Shown: in pieces, positions 1 to 15,795 of the stretch | How the letters are laid out: each line of letters starts with the position of its first letter | Position numbering within the stretch: the stretch's first letter is position 1 | Source: an uncultured candidatus Porisulfidus sp. | GTDB taxonomy: Bacteria > Pseudomonadota > Gammaproteobacteria > Poriferisulfidales > Poriferisulfidaceae | Reading direction: 5' to 3' | NCBI GenBank assembly: GCA_965199755.1 | Contig: CBDASZ010000001.1 | Location: 891,397-955,396, forward strand | Length of the DNA stretch: 64,000 nucleotides | Program-made: the position numbers and the translations under genes | The notes under the pieces: model-generated | What the model saw: the letters and a program-made list of their open reading frames with translations, nothing else | What the model was told of the DNA's origin: nothing | The model's database searches: none

Positions 1-7
1 ATCCTGC

Positions 8-928
8 CTATGGACGCTCGTCCGTCTCCTCGGAGGCAGGCATCAGATCATGTCCGCTGACACCCAGTTTCAGCAATGAACTGCCAGCCACATAAATAGA
101 CGAATACGTGCCTACTATCACGCCCACAATCAAAGCGATTGAAAAGGCGTGGATCACCTCCCCGCCAAAGAAGAACAGTGCGACCAGCACCAGCAGTGTG
201 GTCAGCGAGGTCATTAAGGTCCGCGACAGCGTCTGGCTGATAGAAATGTTCAGCACTTCCTCGCTACTGTGACGTCGCAGCTGGCGGAAATTCTCCCGAA
301 TCCGGTCGAACACCACGATGGTGTCGTTCAGGGAATAACCGATCACCGCCAGGATCGCGGCCAATACGGTCAGGTCAAACTCAATTTGCATGATTGAGAA
401 AAACCCGATGGTCAGAATCACGTCATGCACCAGTGCAATGATGGCACCAAAAGAAAACCGGTACTCAAAACGCAACGCCACATAGATCAAAATCAGCACC
501 AGCGCGTACAGCATGGCCAGCCCGCCATCGTCGCGCAACTCCTCACCCACCTGAGGCCCGACAAATTCCACGCGCCGCAGCTCCAGCGGCTGTTCTCCGC
601 GTAGCGCGTCCAGCACCTCGTTGCTCAATTCACTGCGTGGGCGATCATCTGGCTTCAGACGTACCAGCACGTCTTGCGCGGCACCGAAATGCTGCACCAT
701 AGCCCGCTCAAATCCGTGCGCCTCCAGACGCGCCCGGATGGGTTCGAGTTCCACCGCTTCAGGATAACCAACCTCAATCAGAGTGCCCCCCTCAAAGTCC
801 ACGCCCAGATTCAGTCCCTGTATCGCCAGTGAACCGATAGAAGCAAGCAACAGCACACCTGACAGGAGCGCCGCCATGCGCGCCTTGCCCATGAAGTCAA
901 TCTGAATCTGGCGGGGGAGCAAGCGCAT
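8..928 (-). CDS. secF: protein translocase subunit SecF
   Basis: LNLGVDFEGG, VGPQVGEEL, IGYSLNDTIVVFDRIRE motifs; follows secD. Confidence 0.97.
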   Translation of the reverse strand: MRLLPRQIQIDFMGKARMAALLSGVLLLASIGSLAIQGLNLGVDFEGGTLIEVGYPEAVELEPIRARLEAHGFERAMVQHFGAAQDVLVRLKPDDRPRSELSNEVLDALRGEQPLELRRVEFVGPQVGEELRDDGGLAMLYALVLILIYVALRFEYRFSFGAIIALVHDVILTIGFFSIMQIEFDLTVLAAILAVIGYSLNDTIVVFDRIRENFRQLRRHSSEEVLNISISQTLSRTLMTSLTTLLVLVALFFFGGEVIHAFSIALIVGVIVGTYSSIYVAGSSLLKLGVSGHDLMPASEETDERP

Positions 929-931
929 GGT

Positions 932-2791
932 TCAGACCTGCAACGCCGTCACGCGACGGCGGCCATAAATCAGATTCACCACCGCGCGCGTTCCCATCAC
1001 CGCGGTGAACATGGAGGCCACAATGCCAATCGACAGCGTGACCGCAAATCCCTTTATCGGCCCGGTCCCAAACGCGAACAGCACAATGGCGGCAATCAGG
1101 GTGGTGATGTTGGCATCCGCGATGGTCGACAGCGCCTTGCTGTAACCGGCCTGAATACTGGCCTGAGGCGAATTGCCACTATCCATTTCCTCGCGAATGC
1201 GCTCGAAAATCAGGACATTCGCGTCCACCGCCATACCCACTGTCAGTACAATTCCGGCAATCCCCGGCAGCGTCAGCGTCGCGCCTGGGATCATCGACAT
1301 GACCGCAACGATCAACACCAGGTTGACCATCAGCGCGACATTGGCAATCAGCCCGAACAGGCGATAGTAAATCATCATAAATACAATAACCAGCAAAAAA
1401 CCGATCATCACAGACAGCGCGCCAAGTTCGATGTTCTGCTGTCCCAGACTGGGCCCGACGGTGCGCTCCTCAACGATGTGCATCGGCGTCGCCAGCGAAC
1501 CGGCCCGCAACAGCAGCGCCAGATTGCGGGATTCCCGCGTGGTGTCAAGGCCGGTGATCTGAAAGCGTTTCGACAACTGATCCTGAATGCGGGCTACATT
1601 GATGACTTCGCGCGATTCCCGCATCACCGTTTTTGCCTCACCGTCCGTCACCACCGTATCACTGCGCTGCTCAATAAACACCACACCCATCAGACGCTTG
1701 ATATTTTCTCCAGTCACTTTGGCGAACTGCCGCGCGCCCTCACCGTCGAGCGTGATGTGCACCGCCGGCTGGCCGCGTTCATCAAAACCCGAAGACGCAT
1801 CAATGATGTGTTCGCCAGTAAGCATGACCTGTCGTTTCAGCAATACCGGCGTGTTGTCGCGCTCGTAGTACAACTCATCCGCAAGCGGCACTTCCCCGCT
1901 TTCCGCCGCCAGAAACGGATCAGCCTGTTCATCCACCAGTCGGAACTCCAGCGTCGCAGTCGCCCCCAGAATCTCTTTCGCGCGTGCGGTGTCCTGAACG
2001 CCGGGCAGTTGCACGGCGATGCGTGTGCGGCCCTGCTGCTGAATGACCGGTTCGGCCACTCCCAGTTCATTGACGCGCTTGCGCAAGGTGATCAGGTTCT
2101 GGCTGATGGCGTTGCGTCGAATCTCCGAGCGCGCTGCTGGTTTTAGTTTCATGCTCACAAACGGCGTGGCACCCCCGCTTGTAGCGAAATCAAAACTGTC
2201 GAAATATTCCTCATCCAGCAGTTCTTCAATGCTCTCGGCCATTGCTGCTGTGCGTCCGTAAATACGCAACTCCTCACCCAACTCTTCTACCTTACGATAG
2301 CGAATGCGCTCCTCGCGCAACAGCCGGCGAATATCCGAGGCGTGCCGCGTGTACGCTTTGCTGATGGAATCATCCAGATTAACTTCGAGCAGAAAATGCA
2401 CCCCGCCGCGCAAATCCAGCCCCAGATTCATCGGGTGTGCGCCGAACGCAGTCAGCCACTCTGGTGTGGCCGGCGCCAGATGCAAGGCGACCGAATAGCG
2501 ATCGGCCAAAGCCTCGCGCAAAATATCCGCACCGCGGATCTGATCTTCCGGGTTGGCAAAGCGAATCAGTAATGAGTCTTCCTGCAACTCCAGTTGCTGG
2601 TACGACTGTTTTTTCAGCTCCAGAATTTGCTGAATTTGCTTTTGTTCTTTCTCACCCAACTCCAGACGGGTCGAGGAAATCTGTACGGACGGATCCGAAG
2701 GATACAGATTGGGGAGCGCATACAGCACCGCGATTCCCAGCACACTGACAATCAGCAGGTTCTTCCACCACGGATAGTGATTCGCTTTCAT
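932..2791 (-). CDS. secD: protein translocase subunit SecD
   Basis: LGLDLRGG, VNELGVAEP, GMAVDANVLIFERIREE motifs. Confidence 0.98.
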   Translation of the reverse strand: MKANHYPWWKNLLIVSVLGIAVLYALPNLYPSDPSVQISSTRLELGEKEQKQIQQILELKKQSYQQLELQEDSLLIRFANPEDQIRGADILREALADRYSVALHLAPATPEWLTAFGAHPMNLGLDLRGGVHFLLEVNLDDSISKAYTRHASDIRRLLREERIRYRKVEELGEELRIYGRTAAMAESIEELLDEEYFDSFDFATSGGATPFVSMKLKPAARSEIRRNAISQNLITLRKRVNELGVAEPVIQQQGRTRIAVQLPGVQDTARAKEILGATATLEFRLVDEQADPFLAAESGEVPLADELYYERDNTPVLLKRQVMLTGEHIIDASSGFDERGQPAVHITLDGEGARQFAKVTGENIKRLMGVVFIEQRSDTVVTDGEAKTVMRESREVINVARIQDQLSKRFQITGLDTTRESRNLALLLRAGSLATPMHIVEERTVGPSLGQQNIELGALSVMIGFLLVIVFMMIYYRLFGLIANVALMVNLVLIVAVMSMIPGATLTLPGIAGIVLTVGMAVDANVLIFERIREEMDSGNSPQASIQAGYSKALSTIADANITTLIAAIVLFAFGTGPIKGFAVTLSIGIVASMFTAVMGTRAVVNLIYGRRRVTALQV

Positions 2792-2828
2792 TTCTTACAC
2801 TCGGCGGCTACTTGCGAGGCCCGCACAC

Positions 2829-3158
2829 CTAGTCACTCTTTGCAAGAGACCCTTTTGGCAAAATGTCACTGATCGCCGCTTTGCGAATGCGTATCTCCAC
2901 GCCCTCCGCTATTGTCAGACGCACCGAACTCTCCCCCACGTGTGTCACCTTGCCCAGCATCCCGCCATTGGTGGCGATCTCATCGCCTTTCTCCAGCGAA
3001 TTGATCAGCGACTGGTGCTCCTTGGTTCTCTTGTTTTGCGGGCGAATAATCATGAAATACATGATCAGGAAGAAAATCCCGATCATAATGAACATGGATG
3101 TCCCGCTCATGGCCCCACCCGCAGCGTCTTGAGCCAGAGCGTCACTGATAAAAATCAC
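2829..3158 (-). CDS. yajC: preprotein translocase subunit YajC
   Basis: One TM helix followed by YFMIIRPQNKR and KGDEIATNGG; directly upstream of secD. Confidence 0.96.
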   Translation of the reverse strand: MIFISDALAQDAAGGAMSGTSMFIMIGIFFLIMYFMIIRPQNKRTKEHQSLINSLEKGDEIATNGGMLGKVTHVGESSVRLTIAEGVEIRIRKAAISDILPKGSLAKSD

Positions 3159-3226
3159 AACTAGAAATTACGGGAAATCGGACGGGCGCATTATGCCATA
3201 GACGGCAATACGGCAGGTGCGCTAAT

Positions 3227-8279
<5,053 letters not shown>

Positions 8280-8283
<4 letters not shown>

Positions 8284-8477
8284 GCCAGCCACCGGCTCAC
8301 ATACAGCAGTATCACTCCAATAGTAACCGCGATCAATCCCATCACTCGAAATTGAAGGTCCGGTAGTTCCATCATGCGTTGCATCCAGCGTCGGGCTTGG
8401 GTGGGCGCGACCAGAGCGATCAGCCCTTCCAACATCAGAATCAGGGCCACGACGGCCAGAAGGAATTCCCACTGCAT
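8280..8477 (-). CDS. DUF2065 (YjeT-like) small membrane protein
   Basis: 65 aa, AL.L.LEGL...P..W...M...LPD..R..G pattern; conserved position after hflC. Confidence 0.9.
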
Positions 8478-8492
8478 GGCGGGAGACGGTGC

Positions 8493-9359
8493 CTATTGAC
8501 CGATGTCCAGTTGATTGAAGTACTTGAAGAAGTCCGAATCCGGCTCAACCACCAGAACGTCGCCCTTGTCGCGGAAGGTCTGGACGTAGGCATTCAGACT
8601 GCGCGTGAACGCAAAAAATTCCGGATCGGCATTGTAGGCGTTGGCGTAAATTTCCGTCGCCTGCGCGTCTCCCTCACCACGAATCTTCTCGGCGTCACGA
8701 TAGGCCTCTGCCTGAATCACCGTGCGTTGGCGATCCGCATCTGCGCGAATCTTCTCGGCTATCTCCTGTCCGCGTGCGCGGAAGTCCTTGGCTGTGCGGC
8801 TGCGCTCTGCGCGCATCCGACGATACACCGATTCACTGACTTCATCCGGCAACTCAATTCGACTGATCCGTACATCCACCACCCGAATACCCAACTCCTG
8901 AGCATTCTTGTTCGACTGCACCTGCAGCACATCCATGATCTCGCGACGTTCGCCGGAGATGGCCTGCTGGATGGTGCGCACACCAAACTGGTTCTTCAGA
9001 CCGTCCTTGACGATCTGCGTCAAGCGCCCTTCAGCGCGGGTACGATCTCCTTGTGTGGCGCGGAAATACTGATTGACATTTTCAATCCGCCACTTCACAA
9101 AGAAGTCCACCGATACGTTTTTCTTCTCGCTGGTGAGGAACAACTCTGGCTTGGAATCCAATGACAGTACGCGCACATCAAACTTCTGTACATTGTTGAC
9201 AAAAGGCATCTGGAAATGCAGCCCCGGCTGCAAGTCAGTACGCTTGATCTCACCCAACTGGAACACAATGGCCGTTTCTGTCTGCTGCACGTAGAAGGTT
9301 GAGGCCCAAATCAGAATGGCCGCCAAAGCCAATACGATCCAGCGCAATGGCATACCCAT
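8493..9359 (-). CDS. hflC: FtsH modulator HflC
   Basis: SPFH domain, PGLHFQMPF, VYRRMRAER, GEGDA, PEFFAF.RSL. Start re-assigned to ATG 9359 or 9353. Confidence 0.96.
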   Translation of the reverse strand: MGMPLRWIVLALAAILIWASTFYVQQTETAIVFQLGEIKRTDLQPGLHFQMPFVNNVQKFDVRVLSLDSKPELFLTSEKKNVSVDFFVKWRIENVNQYFRATQGDRTRAEGRLTQIVKDGLKNQFGVRTIQQAISGERREIMDVLQVQSNKNAQELGIRVVDVRISRIELPDEVSESVYRRMRAERSRTAKDFRARGQEIAEKIRADADRQRTVIQAEAYRDAEKIRGEGDAQATEIYANAYNADPEFFAFTRSLNAYVQTFRDKGDVLVVEPDSDFFKYFNQLDIGQ

Positions 9360-9360
9360 C

Positions 9361-10488
9361 TCAGCGACCCTCCCGCAGACCAGTGCCACCGCCACGCTGT
9401 GACGATGACGGCTCATCGCTGCGCCCAGACATGGAGGGTGAACCACCAGAAAAATTGCGATCCAGAATGCGATCAAGCGGCAGGAACAGCATATTGCTGC
9501 CTTCCGATACATCCACCACCACTTTGGAACTGTTCGACAGCACCGACTCGACCGCCTGCAGATACATACGCTTGCGCGTAACTTCCGGTGCCTTGCTGTA
9601 TTCAGTCAGCAGCTGACTGAAGCGCGACGCTTCACCCTCGGCATTTGCGATCACCTGTTCGCGATACGCCTTGGCGTCTTCCAGCATGCGCGCTGCTTCA
9701 CCGCGTGCACGCGGCAGAATTTCATTAGCGTACGCCTGCGCTTCGTTCTTGAAACGCTCCATGTCCTCACGTGCCTTGGTAGCGTCCTGGAAGGCATCCT
9801 GTACCGCATTCGGCGGCTGCGAATCTTCCAGGTTGATGGTCAAAATCTCAATGCCGGTGCCGTAGCCATCCAGAATCTCCTGCATCAGGATCATGGTCTG
9901 GCTGGCGATTTCCGCGCGGCCTTCGCGCAAAATGAAGTCCATGTTGTTGCGCCCGACTGAAGTACGGATGGCCGAGTCCAGTACACCGCAAATAGTGCTT
10001 TTGAAACGACAGTTGCGATCAAAATCAATGTCCGGGTCTTCCACGTTGAACAGATAATCCTCAACATTCTTGAGGCGGTACTGCACCGAGAACTTCAACT
10101 CCACAATGTTCTCGTCCTGAGTCAGCATGGTGGTGCGCTTCTCAACACTGCGGTTGCCCGTCACGTTGACGACCTTTACCGACTCGATCGGATAAGGAAT
10201 GTGCCAGCCGGGTCCCGGCATGGTGGTGCGCTCATGCTTGCCGAAGCGCATGACGACGCCGCGCTCACTGGCTTCCACAATGTAGAAACCCGACAGCAAC
10301 CACAGAATGATCAGGGTGACGACGATCACGCCGCTGCCAAGTGAAAACTTGCTGCCGCCGCCTTTGCCCTTGCCTTTGCCGCCAGAACCGCCCAGCCACT
10401 GCATCAGCCGCCGAAGTAGCGCATCCAGATCAGGGGGGCCTTGGCGATTATCCTGCCAGGGATTGCCGCCGTTTTCTTTCCAAGCCAT
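9361..10488 (-). CDS. hflK: FtsH modulator HflK
   Basis: MAW...QGPPDLD, MLTQDENIV, PRARGEA, APEVTRKRMYL; start ATG 10488. Confidence 0.96.
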   Translation of the reverse strand: MAWKENGGNPWQDNRQGPPDLDALLRRLMQWLGGSGGKGKGKGGGSKFSLGSGVIVVTLIILWLLSGFYIVEASERGVVMRFGKHERTTMPGPGWHIPYPIESVKVVNVTGNRSVEKRTTMLTQDENIVELKFSVQYRLKNVEDYLFNVEDPDIDFDRNCRFKSTICGVLDSAIRTSVGRNNMDFILREGRAEIASQTMILMQEILDGYGTGIEILTINLEDSQPPNAVQDAFQDATKAREDMERFKNEAQAYANEILPRARGEAARMLEDAKAYREQVIANAEGEASRFSQLLTEYSKAPEVTRKRMYLQAVESVLSNSSKVVVDVSEGSNMLFLPLDRILDRNFSGGSPSMSGRSDEPSSSQRGGGTGLREGR

Positions 10489-10495
10489 GATGAAT

Positions 10496-11833
10496 TCAGA
10501 AATCCGCGCCCATTCTAGCAAATGCCGCCGATGCAGCCGTTTTCTCCGGCACGAATTTCTGCCCTTGAGACGGGCGCAAAATCCTGAATTGCGCGTACTT
10601 CCCCCAACGCGACTGCGGCAACCACAAACGCATCTCGCATTCGCCGCTTTCAGTGAACCATTCGGCCTCTACTTGCCCTACTCGATGCAGCTCGGCGCGC
10701 AACGGATACGCTTGCAGCGGCAAGCGCAAATACAGGCGCGAAGATTGCGCCTGCGCGCATTGCGCAATACGCGCACACAAGGCATCCACGCCAGCCCCGG
10801 TCTGCGCTGAAATCCACACTCGGCCTGCCGCTTTATCCCCACACGGTTCAGCATCTTCGGGGAGCCGATCTTTTTTGTTGTACACCTCAAGCACCGGGAC
10901 GTGTGCCGCGCCAATCTGCTCCAGAGTCTCATGCACCCTTGCCATGCGCTGCTCGTACTCCGGGTCGCTGCGATCAATCACATGCAGCAACAAGTCGCAG
11001 TCGCGGATTTCTTCCAGGGTGGAGTGAAAGGCGCGCACCAGTTCCACTGGCAAGCCTTGGATAAACCCGACCGTGTCCGAAAGAATCGTGTCCGGGCCGC
11101 GTGCAAGCGGCAGATGTCGATGCGTCGGGTCCAGCGTCGCGAACAACTTGTCTTGCGCCGCCACCTCACTGTCAGTCAGACGATTGAACAGAGTTGATTT
11201 GCCGGCATTGGTGTAGCCGACCAGTGTCACATGAAACCACTCTTCGCGCCGGCGGCGCACGCGGGACTGACGGCGCTGACTGTCCACCTGAGTCAACCTG
11301 CGGCGTAGATTTTGCAGCCGCCGTGTCAGAAGTCGCCGATCCAATTCCAGCTGCGTCTCACCCGGACCACGCAATCCAATACCGCCCTTCTGGCGTTCCA
11401 GATGGCTCCAGCCGCGTACCAGCCGAGTCGAGAGATACGTCAACTGCGCAAGTTCTACCTGCAGCTTGCCTTCATGCGAACGGGCGCGCTGCGCGAAGAT
11501 GTCCAGTATCAGTCCGGTGCGCCCCAGCACCCGACAGTGCAGCCGTTCTTCAAGGTTGCGTTCCTGAGAAGGACTCAAATCAACATTGAGCACCAGTAAC
11601 TGCACACCATGCTCCGCGCAACTGTCGCGCAATTTCTCGGCTTGCCCGCGCCCGAAGTAAAAGCGCGGATGTGGAACACGACGTCGCAGTTGGAATTGCG
11701 CCTGCGGCTGCAGCCTGGCGCTGTGCGCCAGTTCCGTAAATTCTTCAAGGTCGGCCCGCAGATCACGGGAAAACGGCGCGGTGTCCACATACACCAAGAC
11801 GCAGCGCGCATCGAATGCGGTGCGTTCAAACAA
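10496..11833 (-). CDS. hflX: ribosome rescue GTPase HflX
   Basis: LILDIFAQRA, GPGETQLE.DRR, GYTNAGKS, DTVG, NKKD. Confidence 0.97.
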   Translation of the reverse strand: MFERTAFDARCVLVYVDTAPFSRDLRADLEEFTELAHSARLQPQAQFQLRRRVPHPRFYFGRGQAEKLRDSCAEHGVQLLVLNVDLSPSQERNLEERLHCRVLGRTGLILDIFAQRARSHEGKLQVELAQLTYLSTRLVRGWSHLERQKGGIGLRGPGETQLELDRRLLTRRLQNLRRRLTQVDSQRRQSRVRRRREEWFHVTLVGYTNAGKSTLFNRLTDSEVAAQDKLFATLDPTHRHLPLARGPDTILSDTVGFIQGLPVELVRAFHSTLEEIRDCDLLLHVIDRSDPEYEQRMARVHETLEQIGAAHVPVLEVYNKKDRLPEDAEPCGDKAAGRVWISAQTGAGVDALCARIAQCAQAQSSRLYLRLPLQAYPLRAELHRVGQVEAEWFTESGECEMRLWLPQSRWGKYAQFRILRPSQGQKFVPEKTAASAAFARMGADF

Positions 11834-11904
11834 TGGGGGTATCCGCCATTCTTGGGTTCAGCCAGCCTCTGAAGATGAATCAGAAAATACGCACATCAAA
11901 GTCT

Positions 11905-12846
11905 TCACTCCGGCCACCATTGGGCCACCGCTGCAATCGCAGCCTCCGTTTGCATTCCGTCTGTCGGGCAGTGTAACACGTCCGGCGCATGCCGCAGCCA
12001 GCTCAGTTGCCGCTTGGCTAACTGGCGCGTCGCCGCCACGGCGGCCTCACGCATCTGCATATGATCGCAATCCCCATCCAGGTGCTGCCAGACCTGGCGA
12101 TAACCCACACAACGCATCGACGTATGCTCCAGCGTCAAGTCGCCTCGGGACCGCAACTCGTGCACTTCATTCATCAACCCGTCGTCCAGCATCTGATCGA
12201 AACGCTGCGCGATGCGCTCATACAAATGCGCACGATTCTCTGGCCACAACGCTAGTTGGCGGTAGTGCACAGTGTCTGACGCACGTATCGGGTGCGCGCG
12301 AATCCAAGAACTCAGACTGCGCCCGCTCGACTCGTAGACTTCCAGCGCGCGCAGTATGCGCTGACGATCCCTCGGCGCAAGCCGCCGTGCGGTTTGCGGA
12401 TCGCAATGGCGCAAGCGCTCATGCAGTGCCTGCGGACCGGACTCACGCAATTCCCGGCGCAAACGTTCCCGGATCTCTGTGCGAATCTCTGGAAGTTTGG
12501 ATAGCCCTTGTAGCAATGACAGAAAATACAGCCGTGCGCCGCCCACCAGCAGCGGGATGCGTCCTGCCACATGAATCTGCTCGATATGCGCAGTGGCGTC
12601 GCGCGCGAACTCATACGCGGAATAAGATCGCGCAGGATCCAGAATATCAATCATCCGATGCGGAGCTTGCGCCAGAATCTCGGCAGACGGTTTGGCGCTC
12701 CCGATGTCCATGCTCCGATAGATCATGGCTGAATCAACGCTGATGATCTCAAACGGCCAGCGCCGCACCAGCTCCAGCGCGCAGTCGGTCTTGCCGATCG
12801 CTGTCGGCCCCATTAATGCCAAAGCATGAATGCGCGGCTTGGTCAC
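11905..12846 (-). CDS. miaA: tRNA dimethylallyltransferase
   Basis: GPTAIGKT, DSAMIYR.MDIGSAKP, VGYRQ, TRQLAKRQ. Likely GTG start at 12846 overlapping the mutL stop. Confidence 0.96.
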   Translation of the reverse strand: MTKPRIHALALMGPTAIGKTDCALELVRRWPFEIISVDSAMIYRSMDIGSAKPSAEILAQAPHRMIDILDPARSYSAYEFARDATAHIEQIHVAGRIPLLVGGARLYFLSLLQGLSKLPEIRTEIRERLRRELRESGPQALHERLRHCDPQTARRLAPRDRQRILRALEVYESSGRSLSSWIRAHPIRASDTVHYRQLALWPENRAHLYERIAQRFDQMLDDGLMNEVHELRSRGDLTLEHTSMRCVGYRQVWQHLDGDCDHMQMREAAVAATRQLAKRQLSWLRHAPDVLHCPTDGMQTEAAIAAVAQWWPE

Positions 12847-14579
12847 TGGCCGCGCAGGAACAGTTTGTCCAGTTGATCGATGCTGAGTTGCACCCAGGTG
12901 GGACGCCCGTGATTGCATTGCCCTGAGCGCTCGGTCTCTTCCATATCTCGCAACAAAGCGTCCATTTCTTCCAGCGACAATTGCCGCCCAGCGCGCACCG
13001 CGCCATGACAGGCCATTGATGACAGCAGTTCATTCTCCATTTCCTGCACCCGCTCGCTGCGTCCATGCTCAACCAGGTCCGCCATCACATCCCGCACCAG
13101 CGCCACCGGATCCGCGCGCGACAGCATGGACGGAATTGCCCGAATCAACGCCTGCGTGGGCCCGGAAGGGTCCAGTTCAATGCCAAGCCCAAGCAAAGTT
13201 TCCTGATGCTCGGTGACGCACGTCATTTCCGCTTCACTCAAATTCAGAGTCTGCGGCACTAGCAAAGGCTGGCGTTGAACCTCTTGTCCCTCACGGGCAG
13301 TCTTGAGACGCTCGTAAGTGATGCGCTCATGCGCTGCGTGCATATCCACCAGAATCAATCCTTGCTCGTTCTCCGCCAGAATGTAAATGCTGTGCAACTG
13401 CGCGCGCGCAAATCCCAAAGGTGGACACTGCCCATCCTTTCGCGATTCAGGTCTGGGCTGGATCTCCGCACGCAACAATGATGATGCGGCTTCCTGTCTC
13501 GCCCGCAGCGACAACGGCTCCTGCTCAGCTGACGGGTTCTCGTTAATCAGTGTGCGGAAATGATCCACATCGTGGCCAGCATCTTGCGGGCGCACCGCAC
13601 CAATCGCGCTGGCAATACCTCGAGTGAGTAACGGGTGAATGCGACCAGATTCGCGGAATCGCACCTCCATTTTGGTCGGATGCACGTTGACATCCACCAC
13701 GCCGCCCGGCAATTCCAGATACAACACATAGCAAGGATGGCGCTGGCCGAACAGTACGTCCGAATACGCCTGACGAATGGCATGCGAGATCATTTTGTCA
13801 CGCACAAAGCGCCCATTCACGTACAAGTATTGCTGATCCGGCTGACTGCGCGAATAGGTCGGCAACCCCAGCCAGCCATACAGGCGCATATCCCCGTCAA
13901 CTTCCTCAACGAAAACCGACTGCTCTGCAAAATCCGCGCCCAGCACTGCTTCCAGCCGCGCTGCTTCCGTCACGCCGTCGCGCACCGCGGGGTATGACAA
14001 CTGCATCTTCCCGCCATGACTCACCTCGAAACCCACGGCGAGATTGCCGAGTGCGAGACGTCGCACTGCGGTTGCGATATGCTTCCATTCCGTACTTGGC
14101 GCACGCAGGAACTTGCGCCGCGCCGGCGTGTTGTAAAACAGATCATGTATCTCCACCGTTGTGCCCGGCGGATGTGCCTGCGCTACCGGAGCATCAGGCT
14201 CTTCTGGCACCAACCACCAGCCATGCTCTTCGCCGGCTGTGGTGGAGATTAATTTCAGGCGCGAGACCGATGCGATACTCGGCAACGCCTCTCCTCTAAA
14301 ACCCAGAGTATCGAGTTTCCACAGATCATCCGCGGCGCTCAGTTTTGAGGTTGCGTGACGTGACAGCGCCAGCACCAATTCATTCTTTGGAATACCGCAG
14401 CCGTCATCCGCGACTAGCAACCGGCGAATACCGCCCTCTTCTACCTGAATTCGAATGTTGCGAGCGCCGGCATCCAGACTGTTTTCTACAAGTTCCTTGA
14501 CTACCGCGGCCGGGCGTTCAATGACCTCGCCTGCGGTGATTTGATTGACGAGGCTGGCTTCAAGTTTTCGGATGGGCAT
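12843..14579 (-). CDS. mutL: DNA mismatch repair protein MutL
   Basis: AGEVIERP, GFRGEAL, DVNVHPTK, endonuclease motif DMHAAHERITYE, ACH, CNHGRP. Confidence 0.98.
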   Translation of the reverse strand: MPIRKLEASLVNQITAGEVIERPAAVVKELVENSLDAGARNIRIQVEEGGIRRLLVADDGCGIPKNELVLALSRHATSKLSAADDLWKLDTLGFRGEALPSIASVSRLKLISTTAGEEHGWWLVPEEPDAPVAQAHPPGTTVEIHDLFYNTPARRKFLRAPSTEWKHIATAVRRLALGNLAVGFEVSHGGKMQLSYPAVRDGVTEAARLEAVLGADFAEQSVFVEEVDGDMRLYGWLGLPTYSRSQPDQQYLYVNGRFVRDKMISHAIRQAYSDVLFGQRHPCYVLYLELPGGVVDVNVHPTKMEVRFRESGRIHPLLTRGIASAIGAVRPQDAGHDVDHFRTLINENPSAEQEPLSLRARQEAASSLLRAEIQPRPESRKDGQCPPLGFARAQLHSIYILAENEQGLILVDMHAAHERITYERLKTAREGQEVQRQPLLVPQTLNLSEAEMTCVTEHQETLLGLGIELDPSGPTQALIRAIPSMLSRADPVALVRDVMADLVEHGRSERVQEMENELLSSMACHGAVRAGRQLSLEEMDALLRDMEETERSGQCNHGRPTWVQLSIDQLDKLFLRGQ

Positions 14580-14941
14580 ACTTGAACTGTACCGCTAGTA
14601 ACGTGGCTGGAGCATTGCCTTGACTATTTCCCCTCTGTGCAGATTCTGATTAAGTTAGTTATTTCTGCGAATCCCGAACTTGCTTTAATTCCTCCAACGC
14701 TTCCTTAACAAAAGAATCATCACAGAATATTTGAATGTCTCGCAAGCGTACTATACGGAACAATCACGGCCAGCTGTGAGGTTGCTTGAATTTTTTGTGT
14801 CATCGGAATGAACCCCACTTCTGATTCAATTATTGCACATAATAATATGAGGTGCGTAAGGCCAGCCTCCTCGCACTCCAGACATTAGAAATCACAACTG
14901 AATGCCAACAAACCTCCCTTGGCATTTGGGGATTAGTATTT

Positions 14942-15795
14942 TTAGCAGGATGCAACTAAAGCTGCCATTTCCCGCACCCCAATGACTTCGATCCCATCGC
15001 CCTTTGAGTAACGTTTGGAGCCGGGGTAGACCAAAAAAGACCGATGCGCTTTGATATCTTCACGCGCACGGTAAAAGCCTTTGTCTACTTTCGGTATTGA
15101 ACTACGCTTGATTTCAATCGCCCAGAGTTCTCCATTTGGCATTTCCAAGGTCAGGTCTATCTCCAAACCACCATTTGAGCGATAGTAACTTGCCCTAACT
15201 CGGTTGCTCATACAGTTCAAAAGGTTCTCGATCACAAAACTCTCCCAACTGGCACCGACGATCGGGTGAGTCCGCAAAATCTCCATGTTATCTACTTTCA
15301 GCATCATCTTCAGCAAGGAAACTATCGGGGAATCCACCGCGAACCCAAAGCCTCTCAATGTCAGTGGCATCAATTTCTGTCACATCAATAGGATTGAGGT
15401 CTACATATGAAATACGCCCTAGAAGAGATTCAGACTGTCGCAGAAACTCACCGGTGGCAGAGCCCAGAAGCAGAAACGGCCTGAACGAATGCCGCGCTCA
15501 CGCCCATCATCAATCAATCCGCGAAGTTCCCGAAACAATCCTGGCATTTGCGGTACCTCATCTAAAATGACCAACCGGTCTTCGTGTTCCGCCAGATAGC
15601 TCGCAGGATCCGATAGCAACGCACGATCCTCGGTACGTTCAAGATCAAGATAAATAGGATCCCGTCTGTTTTTCTCCTGCTCTTTAATCTGTTTTGCGAG
15701 AGTCGTTTTGCCTACTTGTCTCGGACCAAACAAGGCGACCGCCGGAGACGCACCCAGCCGTTTCTGAACTTCCCGAAGTTTTTTCGCTCAATCAT
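14942..15795 (-). pseudogene. decayed AAA+ ATPase with DUF4143 C-terminus
   Basis: Fragments GPRQVGKTT (Walker A), VILDEV (Walker B), LLLGSA, RGGFP, GASWESFVIE and EIDL...AIEIK lie in different frames; at least two frameshifts plus an internal deletion. Confidence 0.85.

Noticed and set aside
11781-12743. Long antisense ORFs (also 38790-39653 and 53663-54553)
   Set aside because: They lie opposite well-supported genes in GC-rich DNA and show no recognisable motifs.
14901-14926. AATGCCAA/TTGGCATT hairpin as a terminator
   Set aside because: Weak 8-bp stem with a 10-nt loop and no clear U-tract; insufficient support.
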